Shown: positions 9,639-18,996 of the stretch, piece by piece | How the letters are laid out: each line of letters opens with the position of its first letter | Numbering within the stretch: the first letter of the stretch is position 1 | Source of the DNA: Dehalococcoidia bacterium | GTDB taxonomy: Bacteria > Chloroflexota > Dehalococcoidia > Plut-88900 | Direction of reading: 5' to 3' | DNA: 64,000 nucleotides | NCBI GenBank assembly: GCA_965249275.1 | Contig: CBDFLQ010000007.1 | Span: forward strand, 640,001 to 704,000 | Notes under the pieces: model-generated | The model's database searches: none | What the model was told of the DNA's origin: nothing | What the model saw: only the letters and a program-made list of their open reading frames with translations | Made by a program: the position numbers and the translations under genes

Positions 9639-12143
9639 ATGGCTAAAAAACTCGTAATTGTAGAATCTCCCGCCAAGGCCCGGACCATCGAAAAGATACT
9701 GGGCAAGGATTTTAACGTGATGGCCTCTCTGGGCCACGTCCGTGACCTCCCTCAATACCGGTTCGGCGTCAACGTTGCCGAAGACTTCGCACCTTTCTAC
9801 GAAGTCCCAAAGAACAAGAAGGACACCGTCCAGAAGCTCGCCAAGGCTGCCAAGGGCGCCGATGCCGTCTACCTGGCAACCGACCCCGACAGGGAAGGCG
9901 AAGCCATCTCCTGGCACCTCCTAGAGGCTTCCAACATCAAAGGCATGCCCGTTCAACGGGTCGTCTTCCACGAAATCACCAAGAATGCCATCACCGAAGC
10001 GTTCGACAATCCCCGTGAAATCGATATGGACCTCGTCGACGCTCAGCAGGCCCGCCGAGTCCTGGACCGCGTAGTCGGGTATCGGCTCAGCCCCCTGCTC
10101 TGGCGCAAGCTCGAAAAGGGCCTCTCGGCGGGTCGGGTCCAGTCCGCCGCCTTACGCATGGTCTCCGACCGGGAACAGGAGGTCACTGCCTTCGTCCCGA
10201 AGGAGTACTGGACAATCGAGGCCGACCTCAATAAGCAAAAGGCCGCCAAGAAGACCGCATTTCGAGCCTTGCTCCACAACCAGAAAGGCAAACGCGGTAA
10301 GATTTCCATAGACGACGAGGCCCAGAGTAAGGCCATAGCCACTGCCCTCGAAGGGGCCGCCTACACCGTTGCCAAGGTCGACAAAAAGCAGGCCAAGCGC
10401 AACCCTTCTCCGCCTTTCACCACCAGCACCCTGCAGCAGGAGGCCGGTCGAAAGCTACGGTTTACGGCGAAGAAGACCATGGCCGTCGCCCAGCAGCTCT
10501 ATGAAGGTCTTCCTGTCGGCAACGAGGGCCAGATCGGCCTCATTACCTACATGAGAACCGACTCCCCCTCCGTCTCCAACGAGGCCCGCAACGAGGCCCG
10601 CAGGTACATCTCCGAGAAATTCGGTGCCGCCTACGTGCCCTCCTCTCCCCGCGCATACAGGGCTCGCTCCAAGGGCGCGCAGGAAGCCCACGAGGCTATC
10701 CGACCCACCTCCTGCTATCGAGACCCGGCAGCTATGAAGTCCTATCTCAGCAACGACCAGTCGAAGCTCTACGAACTGATATGGAAGCGAATGGTCGCCA
10801 GTCAGATGAGCTCGGCCCTCATTGACCAGACGACTGCCCACATTGAAACTGCAAGCGGATGGAGGGAAGACGCGTCCCGCAGCGACGAGTTACATGCCAC
10901 GACTATGGGGTCACCTCCAAGTTACCTATTTCGAGCTACCGGTTCCGTCACTGCATTCCCCGGCTTCCTGACTCTCTATCACGAGGACGCCGACGACACA
11001 TCCGATAGCGAGAAGCAACCCCCCCTCCCAGAACTCTCCCCCGGAGAGTCCCTGGAATTCCTGGCCCTTCAACAGAAGCAGCATTTCACGCAGCCTCCCC
11101 CCCGCTACACCGAAGCCTCACTCATCAAGGCCCTGGAGGAGAACGGTATTGGTCGGCCCAGCACCTACGCCCCGACACTCTCAACCATCCAGGACCGTAA
11201 GTACATAAACAAGGAGAAGGGCCGGATACACCCAACGGAGTTGGGCCTCCGAGTCAACGCCCTCCTTAACGAGCACTTCCCCGATATCGTGAACCTTGGT
11301 TTTACGGCCGAGATGGAGCAGGAGTTTGATGAAATTTCCAGGGGCGAGCGTGAATGGGTCCCCGTAATCCGGGAATTCTATGACCCCTTCCAGGAGGCCT
11401 TGGACAAAGCATCCGAGGCAATCCCCGACGAAGCCTCCGGCCTAGTCTGCGAAAAATGCGGCGAGCCTATGACCGTCAAGGCGGGGCGAAACGGCCGTTT
11501 CCTCTCTTGCAGCGGTTACCCCAAGTGTAAAAACGCTAAGCCTCTCCCCGGCCAGGAACCCGAGGAAACCGACATCTTCTGCGAAAAATGCGAACGCCCC
11601 ATGCTCATAAAGGTGGGACGTTATGGCAAGTTCCTCTCCTGCAGCGGCTACCCCGACTGCAAGAACGCCAGGCCGCTCCCCGGCGACGAACGGGAACAAC
11701 CGGAAGAGACCGATGAGGTCTGTGAAAAATGTGAAAGCCCCATGGTCATTAGATCAGGCCGCAGGGGAAAGTTCCTCGCCTGCACTGCCTACCCCAAGTG
11801 CAAGAACACCCGACCCCTTCCGGGTGACGAACGAGAACAACCGGAAAAGACCGATGAGGCCTGCGAAAAATGTGAAAGCCCTATGGTCATTAGATCGGGC
11901 CGTAGGGGAAAATTCCTCGCCTGTACCGCCTATCCCAAGTGCAAGAACACCCGGCCTCTCCCGGGCGAACAGTCTCGCCAGGCGCCGGAAATAATCGATG
12001 AGTCCTGCGATAAGTGCGGCAAACCCATGGCCATAAAATCCGGCAGACGAGGCCGCTTCATAGCCTGCACCGGCTACCCGAAATGCAAGAACGCCAAACC
12101 CTATGCCGCCACTAAAGCCGCCGAGGAACCCGTACCCGCCTAG
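9639..12143 (+). CDS. topA: DNA topoisomerase I with five C-terminal zinc ribbons and a 20-aa insertion
   Basis: IVESPAKA, ATDPDREGEAI, SAGRVQS, ITYMRTD, GIGRPSTY motifs. Confidence 0.98.
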   Translation: MAKKLVIVESPAKARTIEKILGKDFNVMASLGHVRDLPQYRFGVNVAEDFAPFYEVPKNKKDTVQKLAKAAKGADAVYLATDPDREGEAISWHLLEASNIKGMPVQRVVFHEITKNAITEAFDNPREIDMDLVDAQQARRVLDRVVGYRLSPLLWRKLEKGLSAGRVQSAALRMVSDREQEVTAFVPKEYWTIEADLNKQKAAKKTAFRALLHNQKGKRGKISIDDEAQSKAIATALEGAAYTVAKVDKKQAKRNPSPPFTTSTLQQEAGRKLRFTAKKTMAVAQQLYEGLPVGNEGQIGLITYMRTDSPSVSNEARNEARRYISEKFGAAYVPSSPRAYRARSKGAQEAHEAIRPTSCYRDPAAMKSYLSNDQSKLYELIWKRMVASQMSSALIDQTTAHIETASGWREDASRSDELHATTMGSPPSYLFRATGSVTAFPGFLTLYHEDADDTSDSEKQPPLPELSPGESLEFLALQQKQHFTQPPPRYTEASLIKALEENGIGRPSTYAPTLSTIQDRKYINKEKGRIHPTELGLRVNALLNEHFPDIVNLGFTAEMEQEFDEISRGEREWVPVIREFYDPFQEALDKASEAIPDEASGLVCEKCGEPMTVKAGRNGRFLSCSGYPKCKNAKPLPGQEPEETDIFCEKCERPMLIKVGRYGKFLSCSGYPDCKNARPLPGDEREQPEETDEVCEKCESPMVIRSGRRGKFLACTAYPKCKNTRPLPGDEREQPEKTDEACEKCESPMVIRSGRRGKFLACTAYPKCKNTRPLPGEQSRQAPEIIDESCDKCGKPMAIKSGRRGRFIACTGYPKCKNAKPYAATKAAEEPVPA
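10860..10919. repeat. 60-bp palindromic insertion in frame within topA
   Basis: Bounded by TGGAGG...CCTCCA; encodes exactly WREDASRSDELHATTMGSPP; removal gives IETASGSYLFRATG. Confidence 0.65.
11685..11966 (+). repeat. Near-identical 141-bp tandem duplication (zinc ribbons 3 and 4 of TopA)
   Basis: DEREQPE.TDE.CEKCESPMVIRSGRRGKFLACTAYPKCKNTRPLPG occurs twice; units start at 11685 and 11826. Confidence 0.9.
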
Positions 12144-12158
12144 CCACGAGCCACAGCC

Positions 12159-13121
12159 TTGGAACACTACCAGTATCTCAACAAATTCATCCGGTACCTG
12201 GAAGGGGAGCGCAACCTCTCCTCCTACACCGTGCGCAACTACCGGACGGACCTCAATTCCTATTTCGACTTCTTGGAAGACAACGGCATATATGACCTGG
12301 CAGAAATAGGCGGCAAGGAGATCAAAAATCTCCTAAGGAAGTACGTCGCATGGCTCACCACCGAGCGCAGCATCCAAGTCGCCAACAACCAGGTTAAGCA
12401 CGGCCACGACATGCGGAGCGTGGCCCGCAAGATAAGCGTGCTGCGCACCTTCTACCGGTTCCTCGTCCGTGAGGGCTGGCTGGAAACCAATCCCGTGGCC
12501 CGGCTCCGCCTCCCCAAACTCGACAGGAAGTTTCCCAAGTTCCTGTCTCCTCAGGATGCTTCCGCCCTCGTAGAGGCCCCCCTAGACCCCACCCCCCTCG
12601 GACTTCGGGACCGCGCCCTTCTGGAGTTGATCTACGCCACCGGCCTCCGAGTCAGCGAGGTCGTCAGCCTGGACACCGATGATGTGGCCGATGGCAACCG
12701 CGAGCTCCGGGTCCTGGGCAAGGGTTCCAAGGAGCGGGACGTCGTGGTCGGGAAGCAGGCCATTGTTGCCATAGCCCGCTATCTCTCCCACGGCAGACCT
12801 CAACTTTTAACCAACGCCAAGAACCGAGCCTTCTTCCTCAACAACAGTGGCGGTCGGCTCTCAGTCCGAAGCGTCCAGACTCTTGTCCGCAAGTACTCTC
12901 TTGAAAGGGGTCTCCTCGAGCCCGCCCATCCCCACACTCTCCGCCACAGCTTCGCGACTCACCTGTTGGATGGCGGCGCCGACCTCCGTGTAGTGCAGGA
13001 GCTCCTTGGCCACGAGAGCCTCGGCACGACCCAGATCTACACCCACATGACCACCGCCGAGACACGCAAAACCTACGAAAAGGCCCATCCCAGGGCCCAA
13101 GCCCCCAAAGATTCCGAATGA
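12159..13121 (+). CDS. xerC: Tyrosine recombinase XerC
   Basis: YATGLRVSE, GKGSKER, HTLRHSFATH, LLGH and TTQIY motifs; dprA-topA-xerC gene order. Confidence 0.9.
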   Translation: MEHYQYLNKFIRYLEGERNLSSYTVRNYRTDLNSYFDFLEDNGIYDLAEIGGKEIKNLLRKYVAWLTTERSIQVANNQVKHGHDMRSVARKISVLRTFYRFLVREGWLETNPVARLRLPKLDRKFPKFLSPQDASALVEAPLDPTPLGLRDRALLELIYATGLRVSEVVSLDTDDVADGNRELRVLGKGSKERDVVVGKQAIVAIARYLSHGRPQLLTNAKNRAFFLNNSGGRLSVRSVQTLVRKYSLERGLLEPAHPHTLRHSFATHLLDGGADLRVVQELLGHESLGTTQIYTHMTTAETRKTYEKAHPRAQAPKDSE

Positions 13122-13558
13122 GAATACTGGTAGTAAACGGCCCCAACCTCAATCGTCTCGGCAAGCGGGACCCGGCCCAGTACGGGACTACTACTCTCGC
13201 CGACATCGAGACCGCCGTTTCCACACGCGCCTCCGAACTCGGTACAGACGTATCTTTCTTCCAGTCCAACCACGAGGGCGCAATTATCGACTTCCTCCAG
13301 GCCGAGTCCGAAATCGCCGACGGTATAATCATCAACCCTGGCGCCCTAACCCATTACGGCCTCTCCCTCCGCGACTCCCTAGCCGACACCGCCCTCCCAA
13401 TTATCGAAGTCCATCTATCCAACATCCACGCCCGTGAGCAGTTCCGCTCCGTATCCGTCATTGCTCCCATCGCCAAGGGTCAGATCGCCGGTCAGGGCTG
13501 GAGGGGATATCTCTCTGCCCTCGACCTGCTCGTCGACTCGCTCAAGAAAAGCGGTTAG
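13118..13558 (+). CDS. aroQ: Type II 3-dehydroquinate dehydratase
   Basis: NGPNLNRLGKR, QSNHEG, INPGALTH, EVHLSNIHARE motifs. Confidence 0.97.
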   Translation: MRILVVNGPNLNRLGKRDPAQYGTTTLADIETAVSTRASELGTDVSFFQSNHEGAIIDFLQAESEIADGIIINPGALTHYGLSLRDSLADTALPIIEVHLSNIHAREQFRSVSVIAPIAKGQIAGQGWRGYLSALDLLVDSLKKSG

Positions 13559-13570
13559 GATAGGCAAAAT

Positions 13571-14671
13571 ATGAGCGCATTGGAAAGAACGCAAAAGCTC
13601 AGAAGAAAGCTTGACGCTGAGGGTCTCGATGCCCTCCTAATATCGCAACCCGAGAACCGCTTCTACCTCTCCGGGTTTAGCGGCTCGGCTGGCTTTCTCA
13701 TCATCTCCCGGGACCACGCCTTTATCGCCACCGACTTCCGCTACTACGAGCAGTCCGCCCGCCAGTGCCCCGACTACACGCTGCTCAAGATGGCAGGGCC
13801 CAAACCCTTCGGTTGGTTCCACGAGGCCCTCGCCGAGATCAAACCCCGCCGCCTCGGCTTCGAAGCATCCGACATATCTTTCAGTTTCTACTCGGCCATA
13901 AAACGCTCCATCGCCGACCTTCCTTCCGAGGAGCGCCCCCGCCTCATGTCCACCCGCGGTTTGGTCGAGACCCTGCGGGAAGTAAAGGGACCCGACGAAA
14001 TCGCCGAGATCGGCAGGGCCGCATCCTTCGCCGACCAGGCCCTCGCCCAGATGGTCCCGGCCATCGAGCCCGGCATGACCGAGAAACAGGTCGCCTGGGA
14101 ACTCGAAAAAGCCATGCGCGACGCCGGTGCCGACTCCATCAGCTTCGATACCATCGTCGCTTCCGGACCAAACGGCGCCCTGCCCCACCACCGCCCCTCC
14201 GATAAAGCCATCCAGTCCGGCGAACCCGTGGTCATCGACATGGGCGCCAGGATCAACGGTTATTGCAGCGACATCACCCGCACCATAGTTGTAGGTGCCG
14301 CGGATGAACAGCTGGACAAGGTCTACAACACTGTGCTGGACGCCCAACTCAACGCCATCGACGCCGTGCGCTCCGGCATGACCGGCCACGAGGCCGACTC
14401 CCTGGCTCGCACCGTCATCGATGACGCCGGCTACGGCGAACGCTTCGGCCACTCCCTCGGCCACGGCATCGGCCTGGCCGTCCACGAAGTTCCTGTAGTC
14501 GGGCCGCGGGGCAGCAGCGTACTCCGGAAGGACATGGTATTCACCATAGAACCCGGCATATACATCCCCGGCTGGGGCGGCGTTAGAATCGAAGACATGG
14601 TAGTCTTGGAAAACGGCAAGGTGCGGGTCATTACCAAGACCCCCAAGGGAATCCGCTCCGCCAACAATTGA
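13571..14671 (+). CDS. Xaa-Pro aminopeptidase (M24)
   Basis: GYCSDITRT, HSLGHGIG, TIEPGIY, GVRIED motifs; aroQ-pepP-efp gene order. Confidence 0.95.
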   Translation: MSALERTQKLRRKLDAEGLDALLISQPENRFYLSGFSGSAGFLIISRDHAFIATDFRYYEQSARQCPDYTLLKMAGPKPFGWFHEALAEIKPRRLGFEASDISFSFYSAIKRSIADLPSEERPRLMSTRGLVETLREVKGPDEIAEIGRAASFADQALAQMVPAIEPGMTEKQVAWELEKAMRDAGADSISFDTIVASGPNGALPHHRPSDKAIQSGEPVVIDMGARINGYCSDITRTIVVGAADEQLDKVYNTVLDAQLNAIDAVRSGMTGHEADSLARTVIDDAGYGERFGHSLGHGIGLAVHEVPVVGPRGSSVLRKDMVFTIEPGIYIPGWGGVRIEDMVVLENGKVRVITKTPKGIRSANN

Positions 14672-14680
14672 GGTGCGCTT

Positions 14681-15238
14681 ATGATTGAGACCGGAGCTAT
14701 CAAGAAGGGAATGACCATAGAGCTGGATGGCAGCCTCTACAAGATTCTGATGCTCAAGCACATCAAGATCGCCCGAGGCTCGGCCCAGGTCAGGATGAAA
14801 ATACGCAACATCACTGAAGGCCACACCATCGAGCGCACCTTCCAGGCAGGCGAGCGCTTCGCCGTCGCCCGGCTCGAGCGGCAGGAGGCCCAGTTCCTAT
14901 ATCGTGACGGTGACCTCTTCTATTTTATGTACACCGACACCTTCGAACAGTCGCCCGTCTCCCATGAGCTCGTCGAGGATGTCGTAGGCTACCTCCTTGA
15001 AGGTATGACCCTCGATCTCATTCTCCACGGTGAAGTTCCCATAGGCGTCGAACTGCCCACGACCGTAGACCTCCGCGTCACCGAAACCGATCCCGGCTAC
15101 AAGGGTGACACCGCCCAGGGCGGCACCAAGCCCGCCACCTTGGAAACGGGCCTAACCGTCAATGTCCCGCTATTCGTCAACGAAGATGACACCGTTAAGG
15201 TAGACACCCGCACCGGCGAATATCAGGAGCGGGTCTAG
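14681..15238 (+). CDS. efp: Elongation factor P
   Basis: KIARGSA loop, PGYKGDTA, KPATLETG, VDTRTGEY. Confidence 0.97.
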   Translation: MIETGAIKKGMTIELDGSLYKILMLKHIKIARGSAQVRMKIRNITEGHTIERTFQAGERFAVARLERQEAQFLYRDGDLFYFMYTDTFEQSPVSHELVEDVVGYLLEGMTLDLILHGEVPIGVELPTTVDLRVTETDPGYKGDTAQGGTKPATLETGLTVNVPLFVNEDDTVKVDTRTGEYQERV

Positions 15239-15271
15239 GCCGGAAACAGAATCCGGCGGGGAGGAGCAGAC

Positions 15272-15910
15272 ATGGAAGGACGTAAGCTGGTCCAGGAGAT
15301 AATGATTCCGGCAGAGTACGGCGCCGCCTACTATGTGAAGAAGGGTCAAATCCAGCGGGTGATAATGATCGATGGCCCCCAGGTCGGCGATTGGACGGCC
15401 TTCAACGCCAACAATTTCAAGGAGCACTACGACTCGTCCCACACCTTCGTCATGAACAGCGCCAAGGGCACAGGTGGCATCAATGGCGTACGGGACTTCT
15501 ACTCCCGACCCCCTCACCTCAACGTTATGTTCACCACCGTCGAGGACACCGTCGGGTTACATTGGACCATGATTGGGGCCAAGTGCACTCCCCAAAGATA
15601 CGAGGTGTGGAACATAGAAGGCGGACATCGTAGCTGCTTCGGCAACCTTGTGGAGGCCCTCGAGCCCCACGGCATCACCCCCGAGGACGTCCCCGACGTC
15701 TTCAATATGTTCATGAACGTCACCTACGACCAAGAGGGCCGATACCACATCCACGCCCCAGCCGCGGGCAAGGGCGGCTACATCGACATGCGCGCCGAGA
15801 TGGACTGCTTGGTCGGCCTCTCCGCCTGCCCCGCCGGAGACGTGTCCTTCGTCAACGGCGATGGTGACGAACAGGGCAACAAGCGCCTCAAAGTCGAGAT
15901 TTGGGAGTAG
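15272..15910 (+). CDS. Urea carboxylase-associated family protein (DUF1989)
   Basis: GPQVGD, HRSCFGNL, PDVFNMFMNV, MRAEMDCLVGLSACP. Confidence 0.85.
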   Translation: MEGRKLVQEIMIPAEYGAAYYVKKGQIQRVIMIDGPQVGDWTAFNANNFKEHYDSSHTFVMNSAKGTGGINGVRDFYSRPPHLNVMFTTVEDTVGLHWTMIGAKCTPQRYEVWNIEGGHRSCFGNLVEALEPHGITPEDVPDVFNMFMNVTYDQEGRYHIHAPAAGKGGYIDMRAEMDCLVGLSACPAGDVSFVNGDGDEQGNKRLKVEIWE

Positions 15911-15947
15911 CTATCCCCAATCGGTCCCTACATGAAAGGCGGTTATC

Positions 15948-16256
15948 ATGATCCGCATGGCAATCATCTACAACAAGACTGAAGACAGCACTTTCGACCT
16001 CGATTACTACATCAAGTCCCACATGCCCATGGCCGCCGCCGAGTTCGGCGCATTCAAGTGGGACGTGGACAACGTTGTCAGCGGCGCCGACGGAAGCGAC
16101 TCCCCAATCCACTGCATCGGCTACCTCTACTTCGAAAGCGAGGAGAAACGCCTCGCTGGCATGAACGGCACCACCGTTCCCAAGGTCATTGGAGACGTCC
16201 CCAACTACTACTCGCCCGGCATGCCCGTCGCCATAGTCAGTGAAGTCCTAGGCTAG
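15948..16256 (+). CDS. EthD family protein
   Basis: FDLDYYIKSHMPM and GDVPNY motifs; 102 aa. Confidence 0.85.
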   Translation: MIRMAIIYNKTEDSTFDLDYYIKSHMPMAAAEFGAFKWDVDNVVSGADGSDSPIHCIGYLYFESEEKRLAGMNGTTVPKVIGDVPNYYSPGMPVAIVSEVLG

Positions 16257-16275
16257 CCCCGACCCCCTCGCCCAC

Positions 16276-17052
16276 ATGCTCAACCTCGGCTGGTTCTCCA
16301 CGGGCCGCGGCCCCGGCTCCCGCGCCCTCCTCTCCACCGTCAAGGAGGCCATAACCGACAAACGCGTCCAGGCCAGAATTAGCTTTGTATTCAGCAACCG
16401 GGCCCCGGGCGAGGCTGAAGGTAGCGACCAGTTCTTTGCCCTGGCCAAATCCCTCGGCCTCACCGTCGTACACCGGTCTTCCAGGGCATTTCGCCGCCAA
16501 TGGACCGGCGATCCCTCCCAATGGCGCACCGCCTACGACAAAGAAGTTGCTGAGCTAATCTCCCCCTTCTCACCCGACCTCTGCGTCCTCGCCGGCTACA
16601 TGCTCATCGTTAGCCCAGCCTTGTGCCGGGACTTCCGAATGATCAACCTACACCCCGCCGCCCCCGACGGCCCCGATGGCACCTGGCAAGATGTCATCTG
16701 GCAGCTAATCAAGCAGCGAGCAACTCATAGCGGCGTCAAAATCCACCTCGTCACCGAGGAGTTAGATCGCGGCCCGACCATCGCCTACTGCCGCTACCCC
16801 ATCCGCGGCCAAGCCCTTGATGACCTATGGAGAGAAGCAGACCAGACTTCCATCGACCACCTCCGTCAAAGTTACGGCGAAGAACTGCCTCTCTTCAAAG
16901 CAATACGCAGCGAAGGCGTGAAAAGAGAATTGCCCCTACTAGTCGAGACCCTAGCCACCCTCTCCCACAGCGAAGTCCAAATCACCCCACACAACCCCTC
17001 CCCACCCCAAGACCTCACCCCTCAAATCGAGTCTACAATCAAGCAAACCTAG
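16276..17052 (+). CDS. purN: Phosphoribosylglycinamide formyltransferase
   Basis: FSTGRG, VLAGYMLI, INLHPA, LDRGP motifs. Confidence 0.88.
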   Translation: MLNLGWFSTGRGPGSRALLSTVKEAITDKRVQARISFVFSNRAPGEAEGSDQFFALAKSLGLTVVHRSSRAFRRQWTGDPSQWRTAYDKEVAELISPFSPDLCVLAGYMLIVSPALCRDFRMINLHPAAPDGPDGTWQDVIWQLIKQRATHSGVKIHLVTEELDRGPTIAYCRYPIRGQALDDLWREADQTSIDHLRQSYGEELPLFKAIRSEGVKRELPLLVETLATLSHSEVQITPHNPSPPQDLTPQIESTIKQT

Positions 17053-17066
17053 CGCTTCAACTCCAC

Positions 17067-17329
17067 GTCATTCTCGGGCTTGACCCGAGAATCCATCCCG
17101 CTGCATAAGACCCTTGCATAACGCTGATGAAGGGGATTGGAGGGGAAGTGTCTCATCCCCTCTCCCTCGATGGGAGAGGGCTAGGGTGAGGGTGATTCCA
17201 TCGGGTGGGGCCGCTCGTGCTGAGGCCCTCGAAGTATGAGCGGGGGGGAGGGCCACTCGTGCTGCCGCAGATGGAACATCCGCCTATGGAGGATCCCGTT
17301 GAGGCGGAAGCCCGCCAAAGTACAAGCGG
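17067..17329 (+). repeat. Mosaic of palindromic repeats
   Basis: Family C GTCATTCTCGGG..CCCGAGAATCC (17067-17099), MITE-like end AGACCCTTGCATAA (17108), family D CCCTCTCCC..GGGAGAGGG..GGTGAGGG (about 17157-17195), family A (17211-17243), and a family A variant with a nested insert (17253-17329). Confidence 0.85.
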
Positions 17330-17342
17330 CGCGGCGCGTAGC

Positions 17343-18122
17343 CTACCGACCCTTGTAGTTCGGCTTCCTCTTCTCCACAAACGCCAGAGGCCCTTCCTTC
17401 GAGTCCTCGGTCTTGTGGATCCGCTGCGACACCAACTCCTCTAACCGGAGCCCCTGCTCCAAAGGCATGTCCATGCCCTGGTAGGCCAGTTGCTTTATCG
17501 CCCGCACCGCCAGTGGCCCGTTCGCGTTGATCTTGTTTGCAAGCTCCTCGGCGGTGGACATCACATCCTCGGGATTCACCACCCGGTTCACGAGACCCAA
17601 GTCGTAGGCCTGCTGAGCGTTGAGCCGATCGCCGGTCAACAGCACCTCCAGCGCCCTGCGGAAGGGTATCGCCCGAGGCAGCCTCTGCGTCCCCCCACCC
17701 CCGGGAATGATCGCTCTAAGAACTTCCGAAAGCCCAAAGTGCGACCTGTCCGAAGCGATAATGAAGTCACACGCCAAGGCCAGTTCCAGGCCCCCGGCAA
17801 GGCAGTAGCCGTCCACAGCTGCGATGACCGGTTTTGTCAGGTCGCTCGTTCGCCAGAACCCCATGGATCGAACCTCGGCCAGCAGTCCCTCGCCCTCTCC
17901 CCTCCTCCTGTCCGACATCTCCTTCAGGTCCGCGCCCGCCGAGAACGCCCTTCCCCCCGCCCCTGTCACGATAGTGCACCAGACATCCGTATCGTTCTCT
18001 ATGTCGTGCCAGGCTGAGTTCAGGCCGTTCACCACTTCAGCGTTCAGGGCATTCATCTTCTCGGGCCTGTTGATGGTAAGGTACGCTATCCGGTCCTTTT
18101 TTTCGAAAATTACCTGCGGCAT
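17343..18122 (-). CDS. Enoyl-CoA hydratase/isomerase family protein
   Basis: INRPEKMNAL, FSAGADLKE, GGLELALACD, FGLSE motifs. Confidence 0.95.
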   Translation of the reverse strand: MPQVIFEKKDRIAYLTINRPEKMNALNAEVVNGLNSAWHDIENDTDVWCTIVTGAGGRAFSAGADLKEMSDRRRGEGEGLLAEVRSMGFWRTSDLTKPVIAAVDGYCLAGGLELALACDFIIASDRSHFGLSEVLRAIIPGGGGTQRLPRAIPFRRALEVLLTGDRLNAQQAYDLGLVNRVVNPEDVMSTAEELANKINANGPLAVRAIKQLAYQGMDMPLEQGLRLEELVSQRIHKTEDSKEGPLAFVEKRKPNYKGR

Positions 18123-18176
18123 GGGTCCCTCCGGGACAACGTACTAATTCCTTGCGGGCATCCGGTGAGCCCCCGA

Positions 18177-18977
18177 CTACCTGCTCTTGAACTCCGGCTG
18201 CCGCTTTTCGGAAAAGGCCAGAGGCCCTTCTACCGCGTCTTCCGTGGTGCCCAGCAGAGTGCTGAACACCTTTTCGAATTGGAAGGCCTGCGGAAGCGTC
18301 AGGTTGTATCCTCGCTGGACGGATTCCTTGATGGCCCGCACGGCCAGAGGCCCGTTCCGGCATATCTTTTCCGCAATCTCCTCCGCCGTCGATATCACCT
18401 GGTCCGCCTCAACTACCCTGTTGATCAGACCCGTCCTGTGCGCCTCTTGCGCATCGATCCTCCCCCCCGTGAGCAGCATCTCCATGGCTATGCACATGGG
18501 CATCGCCCTCGGCAGCCTGTCGACGCCGCCGCCGCTGGGAATGATTCCCCACCGCACTTCCTGCAGGCCGAACTGCGCATGCTCTGCCGCCACCCTTATG
18601 TCACAGCTGAGTGCAATCTCCAACCCTCCCGCTATGCAGAAGCCGTTTATCGCAGCGATGGCGGGTGTTGCAGTGTACATCTCGTACATGTTCGGCATAC
18701 CTGGGGGATTCTCCACCGAGTAGGAACCTCTCCACGCTTCCGGCCCCTCCTTCGCCACGTCCTTGAGGTCCTGCCCCGTGCAGAATGCCCGCTCCCCTGA
18801 CCCCGTGATGATGATCACCCAAACGTCGGGATCGTCGTCCAGCGCTCTCCACGTATTGGCCAGCTGTTGCCAGTGCGCCTCAGTCAGTGCATTCAGGACC
18901 TCTGGCCGGTTCAGGGTTACATAGGCAATGCGGCCCTTCTTCTCAACCAACAAGTGGGACTTTATGTCTTCGCTCAT
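18177..18977 (-). CDS. Enoyl-CoA hydratase/isomerase family protein
   Basis: LNRPEVLNAL, FCTGQDLK, GGLEIALSCD, FGLQE motifs. Confidence 0.95.
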   Translation of the reverse strand: MSEDIKSHLLVEKKGRIAYVTLNRPEVLNALTEAHWQQLANTWRALDDDPDVWVIIITGSGERAFCTGQDLKDVAKEGPEAWRGSYSVENPPGMPNMYEMYTATPAIAAINGFCIAGGLEIALSCDIRVAAEHAQFGLQEVRWGIIPSGGGVDRLPRAMPMCIAMEMLLTGGRIDAQEAHRTGLINRVVEADQVISTAEEIAEKICRNGPLAVRAIKESVQRGYNLTLPQAFQFEKVFSTLLGTTEDAVEGPLAFSEKRQPEFKSR

Positions 18978-18996
18978 GTTCCGTCCCCCGGGTGTC

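Noticed and set aside
12355-12410. Extra residues in XerC (TTERSIQVANNQVKHGH) as another repeat insertion
   Set aside because: No palindrome, no match to the repeat families, and normal codon usage.
12159-13121. Tyrosine recombinase as integrase of an island at tRNA-Ser
   Set aside because: It sits in the conserved dprA-topA-xerC order and overlaps aroQ. I found no duplicated tRNA 3' end.
13637-14824. Long antisense or alternative-frame ORFs (also 46407-47489, 49159-50418, 52982-53926, 61267-62196)
   Set aside because: Shadow frames of well-supported genes in GC-rich, codon-biased DNA.
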